DNA from: Mobula hypostoma
Taxonomy: Eukaryota
DNA length: 64,000 nucleotides
NCBI RefSeq assembly: GCF_963921235.1
Contig: NC_086097.1
Coordinates: 221,094,001-221,158,000 of the forward strand
Direction of reading: 5' to 3'
The notes below the pieces were generated by a model, which saw only the letters and a list, made by a program, of their open reading frames with translations, made no database searches and was not told where the DNA came from. Position numbers and translations under genes: made by a program. Below, piece after piece: positions 25,490 to 38,937 of the stretch (position 1 is its first letter; each line of letters opens with the position of its first letter).

Positions 25490-26457
25490 GCCCTTAATAT
25501 TATTAAGGAACTCACCCATCCATTCAGCATCCTCTTTGACTTTCTACCATCAGGCAGGAGACTCCGATGCATAAAAACAAGAACAGTCAGGATGGGAAAC
25601 AGTTTCTTCCCTCAGGTCGCTAGGTTCTGAACTCCCTGCCACATCACATTCAAAGTGTCACTGGTTAATCTGTATTAATTTATGCACTTCAGTTTGTTAT
25701 TTATATGTGATTCATCTGTGGATTTTATCCTTACCTTCACAACTTATTGTGCATTATACCATGAGGTGAGGTAATGTTACAGCAATAGAAGACCTTGGTC
25801 AAACCCCACTTGGAGTACTGTGCTCAGTTCTGGTCACCTCACTGCAGGAAGGATGTGGATACTATAGAGAAAGTGCAGAGGAGATTTACAAGGATGTTGC
25901 CTGGATTGGAGAGCGTGCCTTATGAAAATAGTTTAAGTGAACTTGGTCTTTTCTCCTTGGAGCGACGGAGGATGAGAGGTGACCAGATAGATGATGAGAG
26001 GCATTGATCATGTGGATAATCAGAGGCTTTTTCCTAGGGCTGAAATGGCTAACACGAGGGGGCATAGTATGAATGTGATGTGCTTGGAAGCAGGTACAGA
26101 GGGGATGTCAGGGGTAAGTTTTTCACATGGAGAGTGGTGGGTGCGTGGAATGGGCTGTCGGTGATGGTGGTGGAAGCGGATACAGCAGGGTCTTTTACGA
26201 GACCTTTAGGTAGGCACATGGAGCTTAGAAAAATAGAGGGCTATGCGGTAGGGTGATTCTGGGCAGTTTCTAGAGTAGGTTACAATGTCGGCTCAACATA
26301 GTGGGCTGAAGGGCCTGTAATGTGCTGTAGATTTCTATGTTCTATCTTCTATGTTGCGTATGCTACTTACTGAACTTTACACTCTGGTTTGGAGAAACGT
26401 TGTCTCGTTTGATAGTATGCATGTATGTAGTTAAATGACAATAAACTTGATTTGATT
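25490..26457 (+). mobile_element. Rex1-type 3' fragment with a nested CR1 3' fragment (about 25762-26352)
   Basis: Rex1 part FDFLPSGRRL..RMGNSFFPQ with tail AAATGACAATAAACTTGA. CR1 part [27 protein letters not shown] with a TTCTATG tail. Confidence 0.8.
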
Positions 26458-26577
26458 CAAATATTCTGTATTTTGCTACATAATAAGTGGTGACCTCCTG
26501 TTAATATAGGTTTCTAAAGCAATATATATCTATTTATGCACCTGACAACAAATTTCACAACATATGCTAGTGATATA

Positions 26578-26578
26578 T

Positions 26579-26626
<48 letters not shown>

Positions 26627-26692
26627 GAGGGAGGGAGGGAGAGAGAGAGAAAAAGAAAGAAAAAAGGAAAGAAAAAAAGAAAAAGGGAAAAA
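26578..26692. repeat. (GA)n microsatellite extending into a pure-purine tract
   Basis: About 19 perfect GA units followed by GGGA- and GAAAA-type repeats. Confidence 0.95.
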
Positions 26693-28809
26693 GGGTCTAA
26701 ACTGCTGGGAATTTTATTAACACCAGGTGGCATTATGCCTGCATGACATCACATTTGATTTGGTCACTAGTACTCACTGCCTTCAATATTCAAACACATA
26801 GCCACATCCAAGTGAATATAAAGGCAGGACTTAATGCAGATCAGTTAATGATCAACTTTTCAGATCTATCTACCTTTTTCACCAGTGTCAAGCGACTTGA
26901 TGAAAATATTCACATTTTCCACATAATCCAAATTCTCAGTGTATGTTTACATGAGGGCCGGGACACATGTTGACATTTCCTTGTCAAGAGATTTTACTAA
27001 TGGTGCTGGCATGGTCTGGCAAAGTCTATCATAAAAACATTGCTTTACAGAAACAAATCCTGCAACTTTTAGGATAAATCAACTGGCTACACATTGCATC
27101 ACAATTGATGGATATTAGTAAAGTTTTAGTAAATGCTTGTTGAATGTATTAGCAAGAGATTAAATCGATGATGCTTTACTGAAAATGATTCAAAGAAAAT
27201 GCTATTAGCACCTCAATATATTGTAAGAATCACAACTAAGTTTCATGACAGGCTCAGATAGGGTAATCTTCTCCCACGATACAGGCATCAAAAGATGACA
27301 TAATTTTAAGACAAGAGTTCAGGGGCAAATTTTTAAAAAGAGGTGGAATCGGATATAATGAATTAAGAGGCACTCTTACCAGGCAAGGGATAGAAGGACA
27401 CAGTTCTAATGTGGGGAATAGGATTAGTATAACTGGGCTAAAATGTTGGCATGGAGGTAGTGGACTAAGAGGCCTGTTTCAGTGCTGGACAACACTATAT
27501 GACTATTGCTCTAAAATCAGTTGTCACACTCCAACAACACACAGCAATAAAAAACAATCCGAAGAGGGAGCTAAATTTATGACTGGATATGTATGAAATA
27601 TAGACTGACTGGTCTACATTGCTATTCCTAAATTAGAAAATAAATGCTTCACCTTGCTAGTACAATGTCGCTCAATAATAACTTGGATTCCTTCTCACAC
27701 AAGGTAGACAGATTTGCTAGAGAAATGAGCTGGAATCTGCTTTTGATGGAAACTGGAATATCCCCACAGCGGTTGATAGATGAAAAGGTGGTTTGCTGAG
27801 AGATCTCTTACACCCCAGTGGTTTTTGTTAGGTTCCTAATTAGAGTATCTATTCAGCAGCCACGTCACACTAGCTAAAGAAAAAGGAGAGTGCAGAACAA
27901 CTGACAGAACAACTCGGAGGGCAGCAGTGCACAAAACTGAGTTTTAATAGGTGAAACCCAAAAAAACAGCTCTCAAATTAGCCATGTTCTTTTAACTCTG
28001 AGATCTGCAGGTCACCATCACTCAGTTTATTTCCTTGAACTGCTTGCAAGCCTCAAGCCAGTCAATAAAATGTGAGTAACCTTCCCTGTGAACCAGAATG
28101 AATAGCTCAACCATGGCAGCACAAAAGAAGCAGGGATCTTTTCATGTCCTTTCATGTGTACTTAAAAGCACTCTCTCGATTAGTAACTCATTTTAAAAAG
28201 CTAATATAATTATGATTAATGTGTAATGTTGAAGTGCTAAAAATGGCTAGATCACCTTAGGCTAGTTGCCTTATGTGCTGATTTTACCTCAGACCCTGTG
28301 CACTCTTGCCCTGGTACTTCCCCGAGCCAATCTTCCAGATAGTGTTATCAACACAGGCTTCTGCGTGTAAAATACTAAAAAAAACAAATTGAAGAAAGGA
28401 AGGTTGGTAAAGTTGCTCTCAAAATAGAGTCTCAAAAATGATGTGCTCCTTCTATAATCTGAAGGGCTGAAGTGAGAAGAAAATGTACCCATTTGAGGTG
28501 GATCTTTGACTGCACAGTTATAACATCAGATTATAAGTCCACTTAGAAGAATGCAGTTTTAGAATTAAGCGGCAAGGCAGGAAATGGCTGAATGGAATTA
28601 TCATTGGATTCATTATCTGATTATTGCTGTTGAATATGCAAACAACACTTGAACATGATTAGTTTTTTTTTATTGGTGGACTTCCTTTAATACAATATAA
28701 AATGAGGCATGCCCTGTTTCCTGCTTCACAGGTGAAAATGCTGAAAATCCATGGAAGAACTGTGCTGGCTAGAAAGTGACATCGGCAACAACGAATAAGA
28801 AAGGAGGGA

Positions 28810-29215
28810 ATTCAGAATCAGAAATTAAAATCAGATTCAGAATATATAACTACATAAGTCGTGCAAAAATAGAAATAAAAAAGTATTGAGGTAGTGTTCA
28901 TGGGTTCAATGTCCATTCAGAAATCAGATGATAGGAGGGAGGAAGTTGTTCCTGAATCATTGAGTGTGTGCCTTCATGCTTCTATACCTCCTTCCTAATG
29001 GTAACAATGACAATAAGGCATGATCTGGCAGATGGGCGTCCTTAATGATGGATGCCGCCTTTTAGAGGCATCGCTTGTTGAAGATGCTGTGGATACTACA
29101 GAGACTAGCGCTCGTGATGGAGATCGCTGCAGCTTACGTTGATCCTGCGCAGTAGCTCTCTTCCCCGCCCCCCCCCGCCCACCCCACACCAGTAGGGTAA
29201 TGCAGCCAGTTAGAA
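28810..29215 (-). mobile_element. Rex1/Babar 3' fragment
   Basis: ILTGCITL..AQDQRKLQR..; homologous to 19205-19520 and 22740-23050. Confidence 0.7.
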
Positions 29216-30981
29216 TTCCTGCTGAATTCTGATGCATTGGTGCCGGGATTACTCTTGAGCTTCCTGCCATGGCAACATAGCTGAAGCTTTCAACAAGGAA
29301 GAGTTAAGCATGATGAGATGCCTCCGTATCTAATGCTGGACCAGAAGGCTTGACCTAGTAGTGAACGTGGAGACACTTCATTGGTTAGATAGGCTACTTC
29401 AAAGCCTAGAGGCTTTTAAGTTCTTCATGTCAGGTGGAAAAGAGGCAGTAAGATACATCCATAAATTGCCTTTGCCCTACATCTGCTCCAGTTCAGTTGC
29501 AAATATAGAGGGTCAAAGGCAGAAAGCCTGGGCCTCTCATCCAAAATCACACAGCTATATATTGACCACTTGGACAAGGCACTGATGGTGTTGTTTCAGA
29601 GGGGGTAGGGGGAGCGGGAGATGAGGTGGGCACCGGGAGTGTGTGCAAAATAGTGATTAACAGTTGCATACCTCATTGAATATCCCCTCTGTTATCTGGC
29701 TAAAGGGAGTAATTGTGCTTTTTTTTCCTGCGGTATCTTACTAAAGTTATAAAATCATGAAATCAAGGAGGATCAGAGGCATTGAAAGGCTTGCAGATGT
29801 GCAGCAAGGAGCCAGGAATGACAGTGATGTTGCTAATGTTTCATTTGGATCAACTGATGATGAAGATATCAAAAGAGATCAGTGGGTCTTACTGACAGCT
29901 AGCTCAATTGTTTGCATCTGTTCTCCCTGCATTACACATGTCTGGAATGGATTATGCTGGCCTGCGCTGAACAGATTTCACCTTCTCAAACAGATGGGCT
30001 TCAGTAAAACCACTGCTATTAGTTAACTTTGGAATACGATGCTGAACTTTGATATAAAGATTTTAAAAGGATGTATATACTGTATATGTCTACATAGACG
30101 CAGAGCTTGCTTGAAAAGTAAGGTAGAGTTTTTAACACAAAGGATTTGTAAAATAATGAGGAGAAAGAGAGACATTATAGTTGCCGAAAACTTTCTTTGT
30201 TTGTGTATTGTCAGTGCAGAATTGGGAGTTCATGGATAACCCCCAACTCATTTTCATGATTTTCCTACAGTTTGCCATTAAAATAGAATGATGGACTGCT
30301 ACTTAATAAAATAAGGGTCCTTTTAGTGATGAGGTGTATGTTTTTGTAAAGCCTGTTAACCTCCGAGGGAACAATGAAAATGTGGACTCTCACTCCCACA
30401 GGTAATAAATTGTTTATAGAGCTTTTTAAATCTATGTTTAAGATTATAAAAGAAATTGCATTTCTCTCTGCTCTTTTCTCAGCTCTTAACCTGGTATATT
30501 TTTTCTCTTTATTTTGCAAAGTCTAGTTTTTTTTCTCCAATGCACCCTGCTTCCATACTATTGTTCTCAGGATTGATCAAGGTCTCCGAGCCTTATCCTG
30601 ACAGCACGTTTCCATCTATTTTGAGTGGAACACCTTCTGAGCTGAAAGGTGAGGAGGGAAGTCTAACAGTGAAGGCATTTTACAAGCCACTGGTCTAGAA
30701 AATAGTGGGGCATTATTTTGATTTTACCAGATTTGTATCCCATTCCTAAAATCCATCAGCCTGAAATTTGGGTTGAGGAGATACAATGAAGTTATCACTA
30801 CTCAATGATGGAATCAATATATCAGCCATTTCTGAGGTTTATTCTCGAAATCAAGAAGCTATTTTTTTGAGATTCCCATCTCAGCTACAGGTGCTGTTGA
30901 ACCTTCTTCAAATCTTGAATGAATTACTGAGAACCTCAGCTATTTGCAAACTTCTGCCTAAAAGTGTTACATGCTATTGAA

Positions 30982-31107
30982 TGAAATGTAAATGACGAGT
31001 AAACTCTTCTTGGGCTTCCAGCTGTGCACCTGTACCCGGCTTAAAGCCTGAGAAGAGTTTATTCATCATGTATGCCAGGAAAGCACTAGATCTTGAAATG
31101 TAAATGA
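30982..31107. mobile_element. Miniature Penelope 3'-end insertion forming a hairpin, with 14-bp TSD
   Basis: TGAAATGTAAATGA at 30982-30995 and 31094-31107. The inside matches 1021-1085 (CCTGAGAAGAGTTTATTCATCAT..CTAGATC), preceded by its own reverse complement. Confidence 0.85.
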
Positions 31108-31242
31108 GTTTCTGAGGCACACTAAACCACAATTATGCTGTGTGAACATGCTGGCTTGAATTTGTGTAGAATGCTATTCCTTCAGGTGTTTATTGCAACA
31201 TCTCACAGTTTTAAAAATCTTTTATTTCTTAAAGCTGTCTGT

Positions 31243-31568
31243 GACAGCGTGATGGTGTAGAGGTTGATGCAAGGCTTCACAGCACCAGTGATCACTGATC
31301 GGGGTTCAATTCCCACTGCTGCCGGTAAGGAATTGTACATTCTCCCCGTGACCACATGGGTTTCCCCCGGGAGCTCTGGTTTCCTCCCACATTCCAACGA
31401 TGTACAGTCAGAGTTAGCGAGTTGTGGGCATGCTATGTTGGCGCTCGAAGTGTGGCGACATTGGTGGGCTGCCCAGTACAAACCACGCTGATTTGATTTG
31501 ATACAATAATGCATTTCACTGTGTGCTTCAATGTCTCTATGTACATGTGACAAATAACGCTAATCTTT
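31243..31568 (+). mobile_element. Full-length tRNA-derived V-SINE
   Basis: A-box-like TGGTGTAGAGG, B-box GGTTCAATTCC, V-domain ..TTCTCCCCGTG..GGGTTTCCCCCGGGAGCTCTGGTTTCCTCCCAC, and tail GTACATGTGACAAATAA. Confidence 0.8.
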
Positions 31569-34465
31569 CCTCTCTTTTGATCTCTCAGCTCCTACTATCA
31601 CTATGTTGTGGTTTATTAAAAATTATATGTAATTTCCTGATACACTGTCAGGAATAATTCTTCCATGTGAATTTTTGGTTGAACATAACACAGTTTCTGG
31701 GCCCCACTGGTCCCCTGAAGCTAGTGCCAGTGAAATTCATATTGGGAAGGAGAAATATGCATCGCCAAGACTGCCAAAAATTTGTCAACGTCTGTTCTGT
31801 TGGTCAACACTGATCACTCTCACTTTGACATGAGCTGTAAAAGCCTGACCATTATTTTCTCTTTGACCTCGAGTGAGGAAAATAGTAAGGTTTTATATTA
31901 CTGGAGCTGCCGACATGCCCCTGCTTTGGCTCTGGGGACCACAGCAATAGCTAGATAAAAGGAAACTAATCTTCAGAGTAATGAACAATGATCTCATTCG
32001 ATTACGTGAAACCTCAAAAAGGTTTGGCATCTGTGGAGAAGTTGTTCTCCTTCTCTGGTGGGCCTAGAACAAGTAGACATTATCAAAATTATTGGTCGCT
32101 TAGGGTCAAGATGAGGAGAATTTTATTCCTACCAAGGATTGTGAGCTTCTGCATTTTCTTTCCTAGAGGGCTCTGATGCTTGGTTGTTGAGTACACTCTG
32201 GATTTAAATCAATGGAATTTAGCATTCAAAGGGAATAGAGGGACATAAGGATTAGGCAGCAAATAATATGAGGTTAATATGTTATTAAATGATGCAATGG
32301 TCGTGAGGAGGCTTTACGGCCTAATCCCGTTTTAATGAGGTTGGTAATTTAAATATAATAGGCCAGAGTATGTGCTTGTTGAGATACTAGAGATGTTCTT
32401 CCCTTGCAAACCTTTTGGAAGTTGTCCTATGTTAAGTCTGCTGGAATCCTAAAGCCAATTCAAAATCTTCTTATCCATTCGTTACCTAGTTTCTACGTGG
32501 TAGCTGATTTCTCATGGAATAATAGGCATTTGAAAGTGATGCATTATGACCAATACATGGCTATTCATGATACTTGTTGTCTGAAAATGTAAAAGGTAGG
32601 TCTTCCGGGGGAGATGTCTACTGGAAAAAGAAGTTCCCTACCCTATATTTCATACCCCACATTCCTAAGGAGGTTGCTCTGCCTGTGGTAACAGGGGTGG
32701 AAACTCTGGCTGTGTTTCAATCACGTGATTTTGCAGAGATATTGGCTATTCTGTCCCAGGTGCTTGGTTTGTCTATTTCGTACTTGCCTTCACATTTCAA
32801 TGTCAATTTCACATTTCACATATCAATCTCCGCTTTCCTGCTGGGTTCACCAGCAAATCCAGAGCAAAACACGAATGCCCTGAGCTGATTCACCCAGGTC
32901 ATGCCTTGTTCTCATCGTTACCATCATTTACCATCAGGTACATAAGCGTGAAGGCACATATACGATTCATAGATTGATAATGTATTGCATACTAAAATAA
33001 ATTTATTACATTTTGTCGTACTTTAAAAAATTATTTTAATTCTCTTAATGATTACATCTGTTTCAATCGCTTACGTTACAGAGATATTTAAAATAAATTA
33101 AGTTGGCCTTGATATGGGTGAGCTGACAAAGGTCATCAGAGTGTTCCGGGGCCATGGCATAAGTATTGGACTCCTGAAGCCCTGTTTCTGTTTGGAGGTC
33201 CTCTTTGCTCTGTGGGACAGCTGTGCCATCTGGACCTTCACGTTGGTTGACTCTTCAGACCTGCAAAATGTGCGACTAGTTACAGGAGTGGGATTCAGGA
33301 CGGGAGAAGGGGTGAAGGGTTGAGTGCAGTCAGGAAGGCAGGCTGAGAATGATCTGGCCTATAATACCGATATTGTTTATAACATTGTGTATGAAGTGTC
33401 AAGGTTAATAACATTTAAAAAATTTTAAAATTTAAAATTTTTGTATCGCCATTGTTGTTTTGGTTTATGTTTAACTCAGCATCACACAAATCAGAGCTAA
33501 ATCCATGCCTTATGTAATGTAGGGAGAGAGCAAGTGACTGCAGAAAACAGGAATAATACAATGAAGAGAAAATCTGTTGTTCGCAGGTTGCCAGGAAATA
33601 GTGTTTTTTTTCCTTCAATGAGCAGGTGCTATTTAGCTAGTGGATTGCACTGGGCAGCTGGCTGATAAGACCCTCCAGCTGGACATTTCTACCTCTTTCA
33701 GACCAGCCACACCTGCTCCCAACTACAAACAAGATCCTTTCTTCAGTCAATCTTTCAGCACAAAGCCACCGTTTCAATCACACTTTCCCAGCTGTAATAT
33801 TTCATAATTGCCTGGGAATCTATCTGGCCTTTAACCATAAACAGAAAGGGCCCATTCCCCTATTGCACACTATTAACACAACTTCTTTATTATCTGCCGA
33901 TATCGCTTGATCAACCTTATTCTTGTCATTAATAATCCTTAAACCTGAAAGGTCGTGATGAGGCAAGTGAATGAATGGCCAAATGCTTTAATGAAAGATT
34001 AATGACTTCCTGTGAGCAGTCTCTATCTGATATTAAATAATTACAAAATTACGACCAGAAGAAGGAGAGCTGTTGAGAAGTATGGGCTTGGCATCGATTG
34101 CCAAGGAAATGAGTAGGTCTGAAAGCTCCAGGGCTAGCTCCAACACACTTACTTATCATATTAGTTTTGTTCTTGATCTACAAGAAGCCTTTCCTGGATT
34201 TTATGCAAAACATATTAAAATAAATTAAACTAAAAAATGTACTGACTAAGGGGATTGTAGCCCACTGTATCTATTAGAAGGGATCACTGTTACGGCATTT
34301 CATACACATGAGCCTAAATTAAGCTTTACATTCAAAAGCATTCTTTTGGATTTAATTTCAGTGGGAAGGGTGGAAAACGTGATCATTTTCAATTGGAATA
34401 GAAGTTCATAATCACAGGGCATTTTACAAAAATATCCTTTACACGCAGGGCCCGATTTTCTTGAG

Positions 34466-35580
34466 TCATACAGCACAAATCTGGGCCTTTCAGATCACCG
34501 TGTCCTAGAGGATATTTTTGCCATTTAAACTAATCCCACTTGCTCATATCCTTCTATGCCTTGCCTATTTAAGCATCTGGCTAAATGTCTCTTAAACATT
34601 TTGGCTGCGTTTGGCTCTACAACCTTCTCTAGCATGACTTTCTCCAGATACACTGGACAACAAATTTTTTTGAAAGCTTTGCTTCCTCAGAATTTTTTTT
34701 TTTGTTTGTGATTGGCTGATTGATGCTGAACACAAATATCATTTCAGGTTACTTGTATCATGTAGGAATTTGGAAAAACAAGGAATCAACTTTTATTGAA
34801 TTTAATGCGTTTAATTGCATAACAGCTCTGACGCTTTGCAAAAGTTCAACTTAGCTAAAAATATTTTGTTGATGATTTTCATTTGTACTCAATGTACTTC
34901 TCGCTTAAGTGTCCAACAATAATCAGCCAGCATTGATGGCTTCCAGCTGCCCTGACATTGTGTCTTGATGACTGCAATGTCCTGGTGAAACCTTTCACTG
35001 AGAGTGCCAAGATGTGCAGGGAAGAAGTTTAAATGGCAGTGCAGAAAATGAACCATTAATGACATGTTGCACTTCATGGTTTCAGCTTACATTGTGGGCA
35101 ACATTTTAATTAACTCAAATTACAACTTGAAATCACAAATATAGGCGATTTAAAAATAATGGTGTGTGACAGGGAAATTTCTTGGTGATTTCCATGATCA
35201 GCAGACCAAAGTCCATAAGATACACCCAAAGGTATTCAAGAAGCAAAATCTTTGGTGTCCAGTGATAACAGCAATACTCTGTGTGAAAAAAAAGCTTCCC
35301 TCTCAAATCCTTTTTCGAACTCTGTCCTTTCACTTTAAACCTATGTCCTCTTGTTCTGACTATTTATGTTATCACTGTGTCTTTTAATTTTCTATACCTC
35401 TCTTAGCACTTTTTGCTCCAAGGAAACCAAGGATATCCTATCCAACCTCTTCCCATTACTGAAGTGCTCCAATCCTAGCAACATTTTGGGGAATTTCCTC
35501 TGCACTCTTTCCAGAGCAACCGTACCTTTTTATGGTGTGTTGACCAGAACCATGCACAATACTCCAAATCTGATCTAGTC
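34466..35580 (-). mobile_element. Old CR1 3' fragment split by a Chapaev3 insertion
   Basis: CR1 UTR-like sequence at 34466-34650 continues at 35268 (CTCTGTGTGAAAAAAA..CTCTGCACTCTTTCCAG..GACCAGAAC). Confidence 0.7.
34651..35264 (-). mobile_element. Non-autonomous Chapaev3 (CMC superfamily) DNA transposon with a transposase C-terminal remnant
   Basis: TIRs CACTGGACAACAAA / TTTGGTGTCCAGTG. 3-bp TSD ATA at 34648-50 and 35265-67. ORF 34889..35077 MSLMVHFLHCHLNFFP..ERFHQDI..MLADYCWTLKR. Confidence 0.75.
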
Positions 35581-35959
35581 CTCGCTTTTCATGCCATTCA
35601 CAACATTTTTAAACATCCCTCCTGCAATCACATCCAACTTGTTAATATACTGTATATTGGGTATATTTAAACATCGGAGGTTGATAGGTTCTTGATTAGC
35701 AAGGGCATCAAATGTTACGGGGAGAAGGCGGGGAAACTGGGGTCGAGGGGAATAATAAATTGGCCATGATGGAATGGTGGAGCAGACTTGATGGGCTGAA
35801 TGGTCTAATTCTGCTCTTATGTCTTATGATCTTATATATCAAAAATGACAATGGTTCCAAACAAAATCCCTGTGGTACCCCACTTACAGACTTCAATCAG
35901 AAAAGCACTCCATCATTGCTTCTTATCACCCTCCTGGTTAGGCCTTTCTTTCCCAAAGC

Positions 35960-36138
35960 AAGTTGTTCTTCCCTGTCTGTATATTTATGGTTTGATTCCC
36001 CCCACCTCCTTATTCTGGAGTCTTTCCCCTTCCTCCTCAGTCTTGAAGGAGGGTCTTGGCCTGAAATTTTGACTGTTTATTCATGTCCATAGACACTGCC
36101 TGGCCTGCTGAGTTCCTCCAGCATCTTGAATGTGTTGC
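35960..36138 (+). mobile_element. Neptune PLE 3' tail with decayed hammerhead (36039-36074)
   Basis: AGTC-TTGAAGG-AGGGTCTTGGCCT-GAAAT-TTT-GACT..GCCTGGCCTGCTGAGTTCCTCCAGCA; homologous to 11819-11912. Confidence 0.7.
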
Positions 36139-36866
36139 AATGTATTTGTAGTAATGGGGATCACTCTACTGTAATAGACACATTGGGTGAGAAATAATCC
36201 AGGACACTTGAGACCATGAGCTTTTGGAGATGAGAGCTGGACCGGCTCATTCCACACTGGCTTCCACTCTGCTGTTTGCCAAAGCTGCTTGGAGGTCATT
36301 GAAGCAAAAGCTTACGTGGAAGCACTGGGCAGTGAATAGTTGTGTTTTGCAACCTAATAACAGCTAGATAATGCTTAATGAAGGTCTGCCACTGGTAACA
36401 ACGGCAGAGTTGGCTGAAGCCCTTCCCTTGGGAATCCACTCCTCAGCTAACATTGCAGTTATTGTCAGAGTTACAAAATACATTTTAACTCAGTCTTTAC
36501 TCCTTGCATCCAACTTGTCAATAACAACTGAAGGCTGGCAGGGAGAATGTTTATGGAATTACCAATAGACGTTTGCAACTGTAATAGAGCAAGAGAAGCA
36601 GTACTAAATAATGGAAAATGAGGACACAAAAGACTTCCAGAGCACACAGACGGTAGGAAGATAGTAATGTTATGTAGATCCATTGTGCCTGCTTCCTTCA
36701 GCCAGGAAGGCATCTTTGTCTATATTTCAGAATATTCTACCAAGTTAGTCTATTGACAAACATGATACCTTCACATTGAGTAAGGAGACAATGCCCGGCA
36801 TGTACTGCTTTCCAGAAAGGCCACACCATCACGTTATCCTAATTCCTTCTTCGTTATCCCTGAGTA

Positions 36867-37043
36867 AGGGATACAGGTATCTTCCGCCATGCGGGAAGTC
36901 AGCTCGTGGCTACAGTTCTGACTTGGAAGCTGTCCAGGTTTTGAGAAGTTCTTAGGAATGGAAGCTTGCCATAACTTGGAATAAGGTACAGAAATTGGTG
37001 GCCAAGGCTGGTCCATCCTAGGCAAAGCCCTCCCCACCACTGA
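36867..37043 (+). repeat. 177-bp direct duplicate of 40072-40248
   Basis: Ungapped manual alignment gives about 14 mismatches. Confidence 0.9.
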
Positions 37044-37840
37044 GGCGCTACATTTTGGTAGGACTAATCAAAATAGGACATACATGGTAAATGGTAGGGC
37101 ATTGAAGAATGCAGTAGAACAGAGGGATCTAGGAATAATGGTGCATAGTTCCCCGAAGGTGGAATCTCATGTGGATAGGGTGGTGAAGAAAGCTTTTGGT
37201 ATGCTGGCCTTTATAAATCAGAGCATTGAGTAAAGGAGTTGGGATGTAATGTTGAAATTGTACAAGGCATTGGTAAGGCCAAATTTGGAGTATTGTGTAC
37301 AGTTCTGGTCACCGAATTATAGGAAAGATGTCAATAAAATTGAAAGAGTACAGAGGAGATTTACTAAAATGTTGCCTGGGTTTCATCTCCTAAGTTACAG
37401 AGATAGGTTGAACAAGTTGGGTCTTTAATCTTTGGAGTGTAGAAGGTTGAGGGGGGACTTAATAGAGGTATTTAAAATTATGAGGGGGATAGATAGAGTT
37501 GACGTGGATAGGCTTTTTGCATTGAGAGTGGGGGAGATTCAAACAAGAGGACATGAGTTGAGAGTTAAAGGGCAAAAGTTTAGAGGTAACATGAGGGGGA
37601 ACTTCTTTACTCAGAGAGTGGTAGCTGTGTGGAACGAGCTTCCAGCAGAAGTGGTTGAGGCAGGTTCGATGTTGTCGTTTAAAGTTAAATTGGACAGCTA
37701 TATGGACAGGAAAGGAATGGAGGGTTATGGGCTGAGTGCAGGTCGGTGGGACTAGGTGAGAGTAGGAGTTCAGCACGGACTAGGAGGGCCGAGGTGGCCT
37801 GTTTCTGTGTTGTAATTGTTATGTGGTTATATGGTTATAT
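37044..37840 (+). mobile_element. CR1 3' fragment
   Basis: ECRRLRGDLIEVFKIM..NFFTQRVVAVWNELP. Tail GGTTATATGGTTATAT. Confidence 0.9.
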
Positions 37841-38316
37841 CTCTGCACCCACCTGTGTAAGGACTGCTGTTTGGATCCTAGCCTTTAGAAAGTTGTCAGG
37901 AGATTCCTAATTTAAACCTAAACTAACAAATCTATGGACAGAGAGTGTGATGCTGCTGGTTTATCAGATGGAATCTATTGCAGTGAAATAGCTGTACTTT
38001 ACTTTGGTGTCTGTGGTGAGAACTGTGAATGCTAGAGGGTCAGTTACATCATTTTCTCAAACTCCGTCCTCAATGCCTGCAGGTACTGTAAGTATAAAGT
38101 CATGGACTGGTTTTTTCTGGGCTGGGATTATAACTACTTCTCATTCAGTCCCCATTTCTTTGATTCCCTTTTGTCAGCATGACCCACCCATCACCTATAC
38201 CATCTTATTCCACACTGGTGGTCTTATCAGAGTTGGCAAGTGCAAATAGGAATGCAAACATCATGGGAGGTGAGCTTGAAGGGCAACATGGTGTAGAACA
38301 TCCAATGGGGCTTCTG

Positions 38317-38437
38317 TCGGCCTGAAATGTCGACTGCACCTCTTCCTAGAGATGCTGCCTGGCCTGCTGCGTTCACCAGCAACTTTTATGTGTGTTGCTT
38401 GAATTTCCAGCATCTGCAGAATTCCTGTTGTTTGCGT
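38317..38437 (+). mobile_element. Neptune PLE 3' tail starting inside hammerhead stem II
   Basis: TCGGCCTGAAATGTCGACT..GATGCTGCCTGGCCTGCTG..CCAGCATCTGCAGA. Confidence 0.7.
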
Positions 38438-38477
38438 CTCAATCCTTCATTGCCTTTTGTAGTAGAGGTGGCTCAGT

Positions 38478-38937
38478 GAGATAGATAGATACTTTATTGA
38501 TCCCGGCAGAAATTACAGTGCCACAGTAGCATTACAAGTGCACAGATTAAGGTATTAGAAGAGAAGTAGAAAGAATAAAAAATAAGTTACCATAGACAGG
38601 AGGAGGGGTCATCACTTTCCCAGCTATAGGTTGACTCATTATACAGCCTAATGGCCGAGGGTAAGAATGAGCTCATATAGTGCTCTTTAGAGCAGCACAG
38701 TTGTCTTGGTCTTTAACTAAAAGTGCTCCTCTGTTCAGCCAAAGAAGAATGCGGAGGGTGAGAAATATTGTCCAGAATTGCCAGGATTTCTGTAGGGTCC
38801 TTTGTTTTACCACAGCCTCCAGTGTGTCCAGTTTGACTCCTATAACAGAGCCAGCCTTTCCAATCAGTTTATTGACCCTATTGGCATCACCCATGCTGAT
38901 GCCATTGCCCCAGCACACCACTGCATAGAAGATTGTA
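38478..38937 (-). mobile_element. Rex1/Babar 3' fragment (second subfamily)
   Basis: ORF 38673..38921 VCWGNGISMGDANRVNKLIGKAGSVIG. (CTAT)n tail. Confidence 0.75.

Noticed and set aside
26530..26746. ORFs with ERERER / LSLSLS runs
   Set aside because: Translation of the (GA)n microsatellite.
31243..31320. tRNA gene
   Set aside because: The A/B boxes belong to a V-SINE head; there is no complete cloverleaf.
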